Program-made: the position numbers and the translations under genes
Part shown: piece by piece, positions 15,896 through 23,967 of the stretch
Layout: every line of letters begins with the position of its first letter
Numbering within the stretch: position 1 is the stretch's first letter
Notes under the pieces: model-generated
The model's database searches: none
What the model was told of the DNA's origin: nothing
The model's input: the letters and a program-made list of their open reading frames with translations, nothing else
Origin: Geotalea uraniireducens Rf4
GTDB lineage: Bacteria > Desulfobacterota > Desulfuromonadia > Geobacterales > Geobacteraceae
Assembly: GCF_000016745.1 (NCBI RefSeq)
Contig: NC_009483.1
Span: forward strand, 720,001-752,000
Reading direction: 5' to 3'
DNA length: 32,000 bases

Positions 15896-17128
15896 TCAGT
15901 TTCGATTTGGGTCCGCGATGCCGAGCATTCCGCGATAATAGCTGTCGTGGCGGGGTTCCGAAAGGATCGTCCCGATGCTCTTGTCGACCCGTTTGCGTGA
16001 AAGGTAGAGGTGGTAGATGAAGCCCGAGATGCGGGTGTCGCCGATGATGATGTAGCCGTTGATCATCCCGTCCTTCATATAAACCCTTCTCCAGATGTCC
16101 CCCTGCTGCCGGGTGATCGCCTCCCCCTCGAAGCGCCCTGCCGAGACGATCGGAAAATCGATATGCTTTTTCAGCACGTTTGTGTTGACGGACCCGCCGA
16201 AAGAGCCGTCGCCATGGACCAGATGGCGTGCGGCGATGCGTGCCTGTTGCATGGCGTTCGGATAGGTGGCGAAGAATCCCTGCTCGCCGGTCACGGCATG
16301 CCTGGTTACGGCAACGTCGCCTGCCGTGTAGATGTCCGGATCGGCGAGCATCTGCTCGTTGCTCGGCACCCCCTTGTCGTTGCCGCACAGCGCCTCCGAA
16401 TTGGGGGATACCCCGATGGAGACGATCAAGAGCGATGTTTCCATCCGCTCGCCGTTTGAAAACTCGACTGCCGCGAGTTGGCCGTTTGCCAAGACGATCT
16501 CGCTGACCGTGGTCTTCAGGCGGATATCGATGCCGGTTTTTGCTGCCAGCTTGCGGGTTGCGAACTGTCCACCATCTTCGTCGGTCATCTGGGACAGCAG
16601 GCGGGTGTTTCGGTGGACCAGGGTTATCTCAAGTCCACGGTGCCAGAGGGCCAGGGCTGCATCAACACCGATGAAGCCGCCGCCGAAGACTACCGCCTTC
16701 TTTATGTTCCGCTCACTGATGTAGCGGTCGATGGCCATCATGTCGGTCAGGGTCTTGAAGCCGAATACGCCCATGGTTTCCAGCCATTCGGGGCGCGGAT
16801 ACCAGCTTCGTGTGCCGGTGGCAAAGAAGAGTCGGTCGTATGTCACGTTACGCCCGGAGGCGCTTCTTACCAACCGTCGCTCGGTATCCACCTCGACCAC
16901 AGGGTCGGAAAGATATGGAGTCACCCGGTAACGGTCGTAAAAATCTTTCCCTTTCCAGTAAACGGTCTTCAAAGGCTCGCCGGCCAGATAAAAAGGGATC
17001 ACGCAGGGGGAGTAAGGGGCGAAACCTTCGTCGCTGCACATGACGATCTCACCGCCGAACCCCTCCAAACGGAGGCGTTGCACGAATTCCGCTGCTGCCA
17101 TACCGGTTCCGACTGTTACGACCTTCAT
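15896..17128 (-). CDS. FAD/NAD(P)-dependent pyridine nucleotide-disulfide-family oxidoreductase (coo-cluster FNOR type)
   Basis: The N-terminal dinucleotide fold is KVVTVGTGMAAAE and a second Rossmann fold is AVVFGGGFIGVDAA. The ATG overlaps the cooF stop (TAATG). Confidence 0.88.
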   Translation of the reverse strand: MKVVTVGTGMAAAEFVQRLRLEGFGGEIVMCSDEGFAPYSPCVIPFYLAGEPLKTVYWKGKDFYDRYRVTPYLSDPVVEVDTERRLVRSASGRNVTYDRLFFATGTRSWYPRPEWLETMGVFGFKTLTDMMAIDRYISERNIKKAVVFGGGFIGVDAALALWHRGLEITLVHRNTRLLSQMTDEDGGQFATRKLAAKTGIDIRLKTTVSEIVLANGQLAAVEFSNGERMETSLLIVSIGVSPNSEALCGNDKGVPSNEQMLADPDIYTAGDVAVTRHAVTGEQGFFATYPNAMQQARIAARHLVHGDGSFGGSVNTNVLKKHIDFPIVSAGRFEGEAITRQQGDIWRRVYMKDGMINGYIIIGDTRISGFIYHLYLSRKRVDKSIGTILSEPRHDSYYRGMLGIADPNRN

Positions 17129-17721
17129 TACTCACCACCCCGACGCCGTGCGAACTCTTTCCGGCGCAGCTCCCTGAACAGTTCGATATGCGGAGGCATC
17201 CCTTCTGCCCCGAGCAGATAAGTCCGGAGGCTTTTGGCTGCGTGCTTGCCTCTCATCGAGTCATGCTCGGCATAAACCAGCGCCCCCGAATGGCAGGCCT
17301 CCACGCAGGCCGGTTTCTTTCCCTCCTTTATCCGCTCGTTGCAGAGGTCGCATTTATAGGCTACGTCGCGATTGTACTGCGAGCGGTGCGTAACCTTGAA
17401 CGAAATGGCGTCGAAGGGGCAGACCATGGCGCACATCGCGCACGCCTTGCAAAGTGAGGCGTCAAGGAGTACCGCGCCACTTTCCTGATCGCGGCTGATT
17501 GCTCCTGACGGGCAGGCGTTAAGGCAGTCCGCCGGGTCGCAGTGGCGGCAGGAGAGAGGAAATGCCTCGTGGTCGATGCCCAACACCCGAACGTTCACCT
17601 GGGTTTTGTGGTCGCACAGGGTGGCCAACAGGCTGTGGCCGGGGTGATGTTCCACTGCGCAAGCGGTTTCACAGGCCTTGCAGGCCAGGCACTTCTTGTA
17701 ATCGACAAATATCCGTTTCAT
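17128..17721 (-). CDS. cooF: CooF-type iron-sulfur (4Fe-4S multi-cluster) electron-transfer protein
   Basis: It has several CxxCxxCxxxC(P) motifs (CLACKACETAC, CRHCDPADCLNACP, CKACAMCAMVCP, CDLC...C). SD is GGGAG. It is located in the cooS cluster. Confidence 0.86.
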   Translation of the reverse strand: MKRIFVDYKKCLACKACETACAVEHHPGHSLLATLCDHKTQVNVRVLGIDHEAFPLSCRHCDPADCLNACPSGAISRDQESGAVLLDASLCKACAMCAMVCPFDAISFKVTHRSQYNRDVAYKCDLCNERIKEGKKPACVEACHSGALVYAEHDSMRGKHAAKSLRTYLLGAEGMPPHIELFRELRRKEFARRRGGE

Positions 17722-17791
17722 GGCGGATCTCCCTGGTCCCGATAAACGGGATAAGTACGTTAACTTACTAATCCTATAAACGACAGTTGAG

Positions 17792-17932
17792 CCGCAAAGG
17801 ACCCAAAGGGCCTAAAACGCCAAGAACGCTAAGAAAATCAGTACGATGGGACAAAAAACCTTCTAATCCAAATGATGTTCGTAGAATGCTTGTTAACTCA
17901 CTGATTTCTTTGCGAACTTTGCGTCTTTGCGG
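17792..17932. repeat. 141-bp imperfect palindrome built from (C/G)CAAAG-type submotifs
   Basis: The ends CCGCAAAG (17792-17799) and CTTTGCGG (17925-17932) are complementary. The arms pair further (..GCTAAGAAAATCAGT with ACTGATTTCTTTGC..). The listed ORF 17787-17969 is a translation artefact of this element. Confidence 0.5.
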
Positions 17933-17949
17933 TAATGAACTGCTTTTTC

Positions 17950-18117
17950 TAGGAGCCCGTCGGACTTAGGGAATCGTAACGAGAGAATGGCAAATCGAGG
18001 ACAGATTTTCGGAAATTTGAGAGCTAATAGTGGACCTATTCGTCGAAAATTTCCGGGAATATGGACCGATTTTCCGTTCTCGCAGTAGATTCATTCCTAA
18101 GTCCGACAGGCTCCTAG
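17950..18117. repeat. 168-bp hairpin (MITE-like) element, copy A, between cooC and cooF
   Basis: The ends are CTAGGAGCCCGTCGGACTTAGG...CCTAAGTCCGACAGGCTCCTAG, and the whole element is a long imperfect palindrome centred near AATAGTGGACCTATT. By manual alignment it is about 92% identical to 20959-21127, in the same orientation. Confidence 0.9.
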
Positions 18118-18122
18118 GCTAA

Positions 18123-18995
18123 TTAATGAGCGTGATGATGTGTTGTTGCGCTGGCCGAACAGCTGCACGGCGGAGCATTCAGCAGCGAGGCCAATGATGT
18201 GACCGCTGCTGCGTATCTACTCTCCCGGTCCTCCATGATCCTGGTAACATCCGGATCGAGGGCTTCAAGCGCGGGCTCGGCAGGGAGTTCGACGATGGCG
18301 TCGAATGTCTCCTCAAGGCGGCATCCATTCTCCTTCTGGAACCGCTCAAGTTTGGCGCTTCCCCCGGGGGCGATCCGGTTCACCACCAGATAGACAAGCG
18401 GAATACCGGTCTGTCGGGCCAAAGCCGCGGAATGGCAGGCCACGGTCAGGGCGTTGAAGGTATTGTCGGCAACCACCAGGCACTGCCCGAACCCCTTGGA
18501 CAAGGCCCGTCCGAAATGCTCCATGCCTGCCTGGGTATCGAGAAGGATTGCATCGTTGCGACGGAGCGCCAGGTGGCGGATCGTCGCGTCCAGCAGCACG
18601 TTCTCGGCGCAGAGGCAGCCGCCGCCTGCCTGCTTTACGGTCCCCATCACCAGCAGGTTGAGGTTGTCGCGGATTTTTAGGCCGAATCGTTCCACAACGT
18701 CCTCGACGTCCGGGTTCAGCTTGAACATCGCCCCCCAGCCGCTCCGACCGGGGCGGATACCGGTCTTTTCCTCGATGTAGTCGGCATGGAGGTTCAGCGG
18801 CACGATCCGGGATGCCGCCTCATGGTCGAGCCCAAGCGCATTGGGCAGGTTCATCTGCGGGTCTTCGTCCACGGCCAGGACGTTGATGCCGTTGGCGGCG
18901 AGCACCGTTGCCAGGCAGGAGGTGAGGGTGGTTTTTCCCACCCCGCCCTTGCCGGTGATCACTACGCGCAGTCCTTCGGGTTGTGGTTGGCACAT
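18123..18995 (-). CDS. cooC: CO dehydrogenase nickel-insertion accessory ATPase CooC
   Basis: The P-loop is VITGKGGVGKTTLTS (MinD/ParA fold). It lies 15 nt downstream of cooS and has a His-rich C-terminal tail (ATTHHHAH). I chose the start at ATG 18995 because the longer listed ORF overlaps cooS. Confidence 0.9.
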   Translation of the reverse strand: MCQPQPEGLRVVITGKGGVGKTTLTSCLATVLAANGINVLAVDEDPQMNLPNALGLDHEAASRIVPLNLHADYIEEKTGIRPGRSGWGAMFKLNPDVEDVVERFGLKIRDNLNLLVMGTVKQAGGGCLCAENVLLDATIRHLALRRNDAILLDTQAGMEHFGRALSKGFGQCLVVADNTFNALTVACHSAALARQTGIPLVYLVVNRIAPGGSAKLERFQKENGCRLEETFDAIVELPAEPALEALDPDVTRIMEDRESRYAAAVTSLASLLNAPPCSCSASATTHHHAH

Positions 18996-19009
18996 ATCGA
19001 TTCCCTTTG

Positions 19010-20935
19010 TCAAATTCCGAGCGCGCTGCGCCGCTGCATAACGATCCGCTCCATCTGGTCGGCGGCGGCGACCGGGTCTTCTTCGACGAAGAACCAGCCA
19101 CCCAGCAGATCTTTCGCATCCTGGGTAAGAATCTTCGTGACTGCCGGTCCGCCGAGGATGGGGGGGAGCGGCCAAAGATGGACCGGGATGCCGGAGCCGA
19201 CAAAGTAGGCGCCGATGGCGACCGCCTTTTCAGTAGTCCACTCCGGCGCAGAGCCGACCAGCGGCAGGTCGGAGATGTCGACCTTGAGATGGTCGGCAAT
19301 GGCCCCGGCCAGGTTGAGCATCCGCGAGCAGTCCACGCACGATCCCATGTGGAGGACCGGCGGAATCCCAAGTTGTTTGCAGACCGCCTTCAGTCCCGGT
19401 CCGGCCAGTTTCTGAGCCGAAAGGTCCATCAGACCGGCCTTGGCGGCGGCAACTGCCCAGCAGCCGGTGCCGATCACCAGGATGTCGCGCTTCAGGAGTT
19501 CCGTGGTGAGAACGCGGTGGAAATGGTCCTGCTGCACCTTTACGTTGTTGCAGCCGACAATGCCGGCCACCCCCTTGATGGTGCCGCTGACGATCAGGTC
19601 GATGAGCGGCTGGAGGGTGCCGCCCAGTGCCTTCAGAATCTCTTCGACAGTGAAGCCTACCACTGCGGTTGCCGTATGCTTCGGGATATAAACCCGCCCC
19701 TTGTTCCGGTTGGGGAAAGCGTCGATGGCGGTCTTGATGATCCGGCTGGCAATCACGTCCGCATGATGCTCGTCGAACTGGATGTGAAGCGCGCCGGGGA
19801 TCTTGGCCTGTTCGCTGGTGGTGATGAATTTTGTATGGAAGCAGGAGGCGAGATCGGCGAGCGCGGGAAAGATGCACTGCACGTCCACGACCATGGCATC
19901 CACCGCTCCGGTCATGATTGCCAGCTCACTGTGTGATTCGTTTCCCGCCATGCCTACACCCTGTCGAAGCAATACCTCGTTCCCCGTGCAGCACAGCCCG
20001 ACCACGTTGACCCGTTTTGCACCAACGGCTTCCGCTGCCTGGCGATTCTCGGCTGAGAGAGCCATCTCTGCAACCTTGGCCGACAGGATCGGTTCATGGC
20101 CATGAACCACAACGTTGACGCTCTCTTCTTCCAACACACCCAGGTTTGCCTTGACCGATTTTATGGTGGGGGTTCCGAGGAGGATATCCTGCAGCTCGGT
20201 GGCGATCAATGAGCCTCCCCAGCCGTCGGAGAGGGAGCAGCGGATTGACTGGGCCACCAGCGAGAGCGGGTCGTGGTCGCAGCCGAAATGGGTGCGGTGC
20301 AGGATATCAACAGCCTCGCGGTCGATACCACGCGGCAGGAAGCCGGTTTTCGCACCGGTTGACTCGTACAGCGCCCTCTCCAGTTCCTTCAGTCGTTCAA
20401 AGCGCTTTACGGGCATGTACTTTTGCAGGAATACGAGCGGCTCTTCTTCCTGGTTGCCGAAGCAGTCGATGGCGACTTTTGCGACATCCGCGGCGATTTC
20501 CATCTGTTGGCGTCCGGCAGTCGGGATGCCGAGGCGGGCGGCAACGGCCATCAGCTTATCGGGATCGGTGATATGGTAATCGGTGTTGGTTCCGTTTGCC
20601 ACGGCCCTGAGCAGCAGCGCCACTTTACGGCCATGATCCGAGTGGGAGGAAGAGCCTACCGCCGCCATGCGCGCCAGGTTACGGGCCACGATGGTATCGG
20701 CGGTTGCTCCGCAGACGCCGTGGGTCGGCCCTTCGCCGAACGGGTCGATGCGACAGGGCCCCATGGAGCAGATACGGCAGCAGGTTCCGAGTTGGCCATA
20801 ACTGCATTGAGGCTGCTGCTTCTCATACCGTTCCCAGACGTTGGAGTACCCTTCACGGTCTGCGATCCGCAACATCTCCACCGCTGCCGGGTCCACGCTC
20901 CTGTGGTCATCTTTTATTGCTTTCACCTCGTCCAT
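19010..20935 (-). CDS. cooS: Anaerobic Ni-Fe carbon-monoxide dehydrogenase catalytic subunit
   Basis: 641-aa sequence. The N-terminal cluster B/D cysteines are QPQCSYGQLGTCCRICSMGPCRI. The full-length pattern is typical of CooS/HCP-fold CODH. SD is GGGGAGGG. Confidence 0.95.
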   Translation of the reverse strand: MDEVKAIKDDHRSVDPAAVEMLRIADREGYSNVWERYEKQQPQCSYGQLGTCCRICSMGPCRIDPFGEGPTHGVCGATADTIVARNLARMAAVGSSSHSDHGRKVALLLRAVANGTNTDYHITDPDKLMAVAARLGIPTAGRQQMEIAADVAKVAIDCFGNQEEEPLVFLQKYMPVKRFERLKELERALYESTGAKTGFLPRGIDREAVDILHRTHFGCDHDPLSLVAQSIRCSLSDGWGGSLIATELQDILLGTPTIKSVKANLGVLEEESVNVVVHGHEPILSAKVAEMALSAENRQAAEAVGAKRVNVVGLCCTGNEVLLRQGVGMAGNESHSELAIMTGAVDAMVVDVQCIFPALADLASCFHTKFITTSEQAKIPGALHIQFDEHHADVIASRIIKTAIDAFPNRNKGRVYIPKHTATAVVGFTVEEILKALGGTLQPLIDLIVSGTIKGVAGIVGCNNVKVQQDHFHRVLTTELLKRDILVIGTGCWAVAAAKAGLMDLSAQKLAGPGLKAVCKQLGIPPVLHMGSCVDCSRMLNLAGAIADHLKVDISDLPLVGSAPEWTTEKAVAIGAYFVGSGIPVHLWPLPPILGGPAVTKILTQDAKDLLGGWFFVEEDPVAAADQMERIVMQRRSALGI

Positions 20936-20958
20936 AAATCCCTCCCCACGGTTATCTT

Positions 20959-21127
20959 CTAGGAGTCTGTCGGACTTATGGAATCGTAGCGAGAGGATGG
21001 AAAATCGAGGACAGATTTCCGGAAATTTGAGAGCGAATAGTGGACCTATTCGTCGAAAATTTACGGAGATATGGACCGATTTGCCATTCTCGCAGTAGAT
21101 TCATTCCTAAGTCCGACAGACTCCTGG
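20959..21127. repeat. 168-bp hairpin (MITE-like) element, copy B, in the rcoM-like/cooS intergenic region
   Basis: CTAGGAGTCTGTCGGACTTATGG...CCTAAGTCCGACAGACTCCTGG. It ends 23 nt upstream of the cooS ATG. See copy A. The listed ORF 20841-21098 is an artefact. Confidence 0.9.
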
Positions 21128-21241
21128 GGTCAGGTTAAACGATGAGGGGAATGCTATACAATACTCTGCTTGTGGGAGGGGGGCAGGGACTTGTAAAAGG
21201 TGGGATTTTTCAGGTAAAGGGACAGGCGGTTGAAAAAGAGA

Positions 21242-21946
21242 CTACTTCAACCCGACAGCGACCAGAAACTCCTGCATCTTGTCCCGGCTGATCGGGAGGC
21301 GTACCTCGCTCCCGGCGATCTCGACCGAACATTCGGACGGATCGCGCAGGACCTTGCGCACCTTGGCGATATTGACCAGGTAACTCCGATGGATGCGGTG
21401 GAACATCTCCTGGGAGAGGCGCTTTTCCACTGCGCCGAGGGAGAGGTCGCAGTGATACTCGCCGGATTCGGTCCGGACCGTGGTGTAAATATTGTCCGCC
21501 TTGAAATAGACGATCTCTTCCGGCTTGAGGAGGTGAATTTCTCCGCGGGAGGTGACCGGAACCCGCGTCAGCTTCCGCTCGTCCGCGATATACGGCGTGA
21601 TATCGTAAAAAAGCGCGCTGATCTTCTCGTCGGCCATCTCCCTATCAACCAGCGGGATCAGCTTGATGAGAAGATAGCGGTCCTGGCCGTCGTTGCGGAT
21701 GATTTTGAGGGAGAGGGGGATCTGCCGTTTCGCATCTTTGGCGAGGCGGAGCATTTCGCCGACCCTGCTGCGGGTTTCCTCTCTGTGAAAACCCGGGATG
21801 TCCCCCTGGAACAGCTGTTCCAGGGGGACACCGCTGAAGAGAAGCATGAACATACGGTTGATGTGGGATACGCTCATATCCGGGTTCAGGATGACGATCC
21901 CCGGTTCGATATGCTCGATTATGTTGAGAAGGGTGCTTCTCCCCAT
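21242..21946 (-). CDS. PAS-domain / LytTR DNA-binding one-component regulator (RcoM-like architecture)
   Basis: The N-terminal about 120 aa is PAS-like (GIVILNPDMSVSHINRMF...LFYDIT). The C-terminal LytTR domain is (I.LLKPEEIVYFKADNIYTTVRT..GEY......L..+E.+L....F.RIHRSYLVNI..V). There is no receiver domain. SD is GGGAGG. It lies directly upstream of cooS on the same strand. Confidence 0.8.
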   Translation of the reverse strand: MGRSTLLNIIEHIEPGIVILNPDMSVSHINRMFMLLFSGVPLEQLFQGDIPGFHREETRSRVGEMLRLAKDAKRQIPLSLKIIRNDGQDRYLLIKLIPLVDREMADEKISALFYDITPYIADERKLTRVPVTSRGEIHLLKPEEIVYFKADNIYTTVRTESGEYHCDLSLGAVEKRLSQEMFHRIHRSYLVNIAKVRKVLRDPSECSVEIAGSEVRLPISRDKMQEFLVAVGLK

Positions 21947-22049
21947 TCATCCTCCCTTTCGCGGATTTGCCGGGGACATTGTATTTGTCCTGATTCCGCA
22001 TGTAAAGTGGATTGTTTTAGCTCAGGGGAAATTGGACTCAATCTCTTGA

Positions 22050-23732
22050 TCATCCCTGCCAATCTTCCGGTGCGAAGATCATCTCAACCGAACTTTTTCC
22101 CGGCGGAACCATGGGGAAAGAGTAGCAGTCCGGGTCGATCTCCACGTCGACCACCACCGGGCCGGCAATGGCCATGGCCCGTCTGAGTGCCGGCGCCAGC
22201 TCCTCCTTGCGGCTTACCCTGAGTGCTTCCACACCGAACCCCCTGGCCACCATGCAGAAATCCACATGTTTTCCCAGGTCGGTCGCCGCATAACGCTGCT
22301 TCAGGAAGATATTCTGAAACTGCCGAACCATGCCGAGTTTGCCGTTGTTGAGAACGATGGTCTTTACCGGGATGTTGTAGTAGGCGCAGGTCGCCAGCTC
22401 CTGAATGTTCATCTGGAACGCGCCGTCGCCGGTGATGGCGATGACCGTCTCCCCCGGATTGCCGAGGACCGCCCCCATGGCAGCGGGAAGGGCGTACCCC
22501 ATGGTGCCGAGCCCGCCACTCGTTATGAAACGACGGGGAGCGGAGAAGCCGAGGTAATTGGCGGTCCACATCTGGGAGAGCCCCACGTCCGAGGCGACAA
22601 TGGGTGTTGGCCCGCACGCCTCTCCCAGAGCCGCCATGATCTCGTGAGGAACAAGGTGCTCCCGCTTTGGCCGGGGGAGCGGCGCCTCCTGCTCCCAGGC
22701 AGCTATCCGGGCCTGCCAGGCGCTCCTGTCCCGCACCTCCAGCAAGCCGGCCAAAAGCGCCATTGCTTCCTTTGCATCTCCCACAATGGGTAGCGCCCTG
22801 TTGGTCACCTTGCGGATGGATGACGGGTCGATGTCGATATGGATGATGTCGGCCCGGGGAGCGAAACCGTCGAGCCGCCCCGTTACCCGGTCATCGAATC
22901 GGGCGCCGATCGCCACGAGGCAATCGCAGTCGTGCACGGCCCGGTTCGCGTGCCAGGCGCCGTACATCCCGAGCATCCCGATGGAGAGGGGCGAAGCCGG
23001 GTCCATGACGCCGATAGCCATGAGGGTGTGGGTGACCGGGATGCCCCCTTTTGCCGCGAGGGCGCGCAGTTCGGCAGACGCCCCGGCCAGGGTGATGCCG
23101 CCACCGGCGTAGATGAGGGGACGTTTCGCCCGGTTGATGATCTCCGCCGCTTTTTTCAACTGCTTGTCGTTCACGGATACCCTGCTCCGGTAGCCGCGCC
23201 GCGCAACCGTCTCCGGGATGACCGGAACGGTTTTCGCCGCCAGTACGTTGCTCGGGAGGTCTATGAGAATCGGCCCGGGGCGCAGGGTACGGGCTACGGA
23301 GAATGCCTCGTGAACGATCCCGGCGAGCTCTTTTACATCGGTAACCAGATAATTATGTTTGGTGATTGGTCTGGTGATCCCGATCATGTCGGCCTCCTGG
23401 AATGCGTCGCTCCCGATGTCGGTGGTTGCGACCTGGCAGGTGAGAGCCACCAGCGGAATCGAGTCCATGTGGGCCGTGGCGATGCCGGTCACGAGGTTCG
23501 TCGCGCCGGGGCCGGAGGTGGTGAGGCAGACCCCGACCTTGCCGGTAGTCCGGGCATAGCCGTCTGCGGCATGGGCCGCCCCCTGTTCATGGCGGACAAG
23601 GATGTGGCGCAGATCGGGGTCGTCGTAGAGGGCGTCATGGACCAGCAGGGTCTTGGCTCCGGGATAGCCGAAGATGGTGTCCACCCCCTCGCGTTTGAGG
23701 CATTCCAGCAGAATCTGTGCTCCTGTCTTCAT
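22050..23732 (-). CDS. ilvB: Acetolactate synthase (acetohydroxyacid synthase) large catalytic subunit, TPP-dependent
   Basis: GAQILLECLKREGVDTIFGYPGA; the TPP motif is ITGDGAFQMNIQELATC...IVLNNGKLGMV. It is preceded by a Val-rich leader. No small-subunit gene is adjacent. Confidence 0.88.
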   Translation of the reverse strand: MKTGAQILLECLKREGVDTIFGYPGAKTLLVHDALYDDPDLRHILVRHEQGAAHAADGYARTTGKVGVCLTTSGPGATNLVTGIATAHMDSIPLVALTCQVATTDIGSDAFQEADMIGITRPITKHNYLVTDVKELAGIVHEAFSVARTLRPGPILIDLPSNVLAAKTVPVIPETVARRGYRSRVSVNDKQLKKAAEIINRAKRPLIYAGGGITLAGASAELRALAAKGGIPVTHTLMAIGVMDPASPLSIGMLGMYGAWHANRAVHDCDCLVAIGARFDDRVTGRLDGFAPRADIIHIDIDPSSIRKVTNRALPIVGDAKEAMALLAGLLEVRDRSAWQARIAAWEQEAPLPRPKREHLVPHEIMAALGEACGPTPIVASDVGLSQMWTANYLGFSAPRRFITSGGLGTMGYALPAAMGAVLGNPGETVIAITGDGAFQMNIQELATCAYYNIPVKTIVLNNGKLGMVRQFQNIFLKQRYAATDLGKHVDFCMVARGFGVEALRVSRKEELAPALRRAMAIAGPVVVDVEIDPDCYSFPMVPPGKSSVEMIFAPEDWQG

Positions 23733-23755
23733 ACAGTAGTCTCCTTTCGCGTGCA

Positions 23756-23790
23756 GAATAAAAAAGGCCGCAGGGTGTATCCCCCGCGGC
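23756..23790 (-). terminator. Intrinsic terminator-like hairpin + U-tract immediately upstream of the ilvB SD (leader hairpin 2)
   Basis: On the minus strand: GCCGCGGGG-gataca-CCCTGCGGC followed by CTTTTTTATT. One pair is G-U on the minus strand but an A-C mismatch on the plus strand, which favours minus-strand function. Confidence 0.6.
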
Positions 23791-23809
23791 TTCCTTTTTT
23801 CTGCCCGTC

Positions 23810-23850
23810 CGGCAAAAAGAAAGGAGCGCGGGGCTAAGCCCGCGCTCCTT
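23810..23850 (-). terminator. Intrinsic terminator-like hairpin + U-tract in the ilvB leader (leader hairpin 1)
   Basis: On the minus strand: AAGGAGCGCGGG-cttagc-CCCGCGCTCCTT (12-bp perfect stem), followed by TCTTTTTGCC. Confidence 0.65.
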
Positions 23851-23886
23851 CTGATCCGTTATCTGGTCACAGGTAGCAGCGAGCCG

Positions 23887-23946
23887 TCACGTGGTGACGA
23901 CTACGACTACCAGTACTAGAGATATTGTTGAAAAAGATGTGAACAT
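23887..23946 (-). CDS. Leader peptide of the ilvB attenuator: MFTSFSTISLVLVVVVVTT
   Basis: AGGAGA lies 7 nt upstream of the ATG. This 19-codon ORF (too short for the ORF track) has 6 Val (5 consecutive), 2 Leu, 1 Ile and 4 Thr. It sits between a strong promoter and two terminator hairpins. Confidence 0.7.
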   Translation of the reverse strand: MFTSFSTISLVLVVVVVTT

Positions 23947-23967
23947 GATCGTGTCTCCTGTTAAGGA

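Noticed and set aside
17722-17945. GACGCAAAG on the minus strand (about 17917-17925) and a CCCCC-GAAA-GG hairpin upstream of the lipoprotein gene (about 26060-26080, minus strand) raised the possibility of c-di-GMP (GEMM-I) riboswitches, which are common in Geobacter.
   Set aside because: Neither site has the rest of the GEMM-I consensus (paired P2/P3 helices with GNRA tetraloop/receptor and the ACGCACAGGGCAAACC-type 5' part). The first site is explained by the CAAAG-rich palindrome. A cmsearch with RF01051 would settle it.
17787-17969. 60-aa ORF in the cooC-cooF spacer, and the 85-aa ORF at 20841-21098 upstream of cooS.
   Set aside because: Both are read-throughs of palindromic repeat elements. 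Their peptides (…PKGPKTPRTLRKS…, …SGNLRANSGPIRRKF…) simply mirror the repeat sequence. Neither has an SD.
18996-19175. N-terminal 60-aa extension of the listed cooC ORF.
   Set aside because: It overlaps the 3' end of cooS and is Arg/Pro-rich. The conserved CooC P-loop begins right after the internal Met at 18995. Similar N-terminal extensions were trimmed for the ORFs at 10644, 11437, 15697, 25946, 28213, 29592, 30545 and 30991.
18983-19936. 317-aa plus-strand ORF, plus other long ORFs (19230-19877, 20115-20962) across cooS/cooC.
   Set aside because: They are antisense or out of frame relative to cooS, whose identity is unambiguous. These are shadow ORFs.
21230-23837. Long plus-strand ORFs 21230-22186 (318 aa) and 22839-23837 (332 aa).
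   Set aside because: They are antisense to the LytTR regulator and acetolactate synthase genes. Both are low-complexity and show no motifs.
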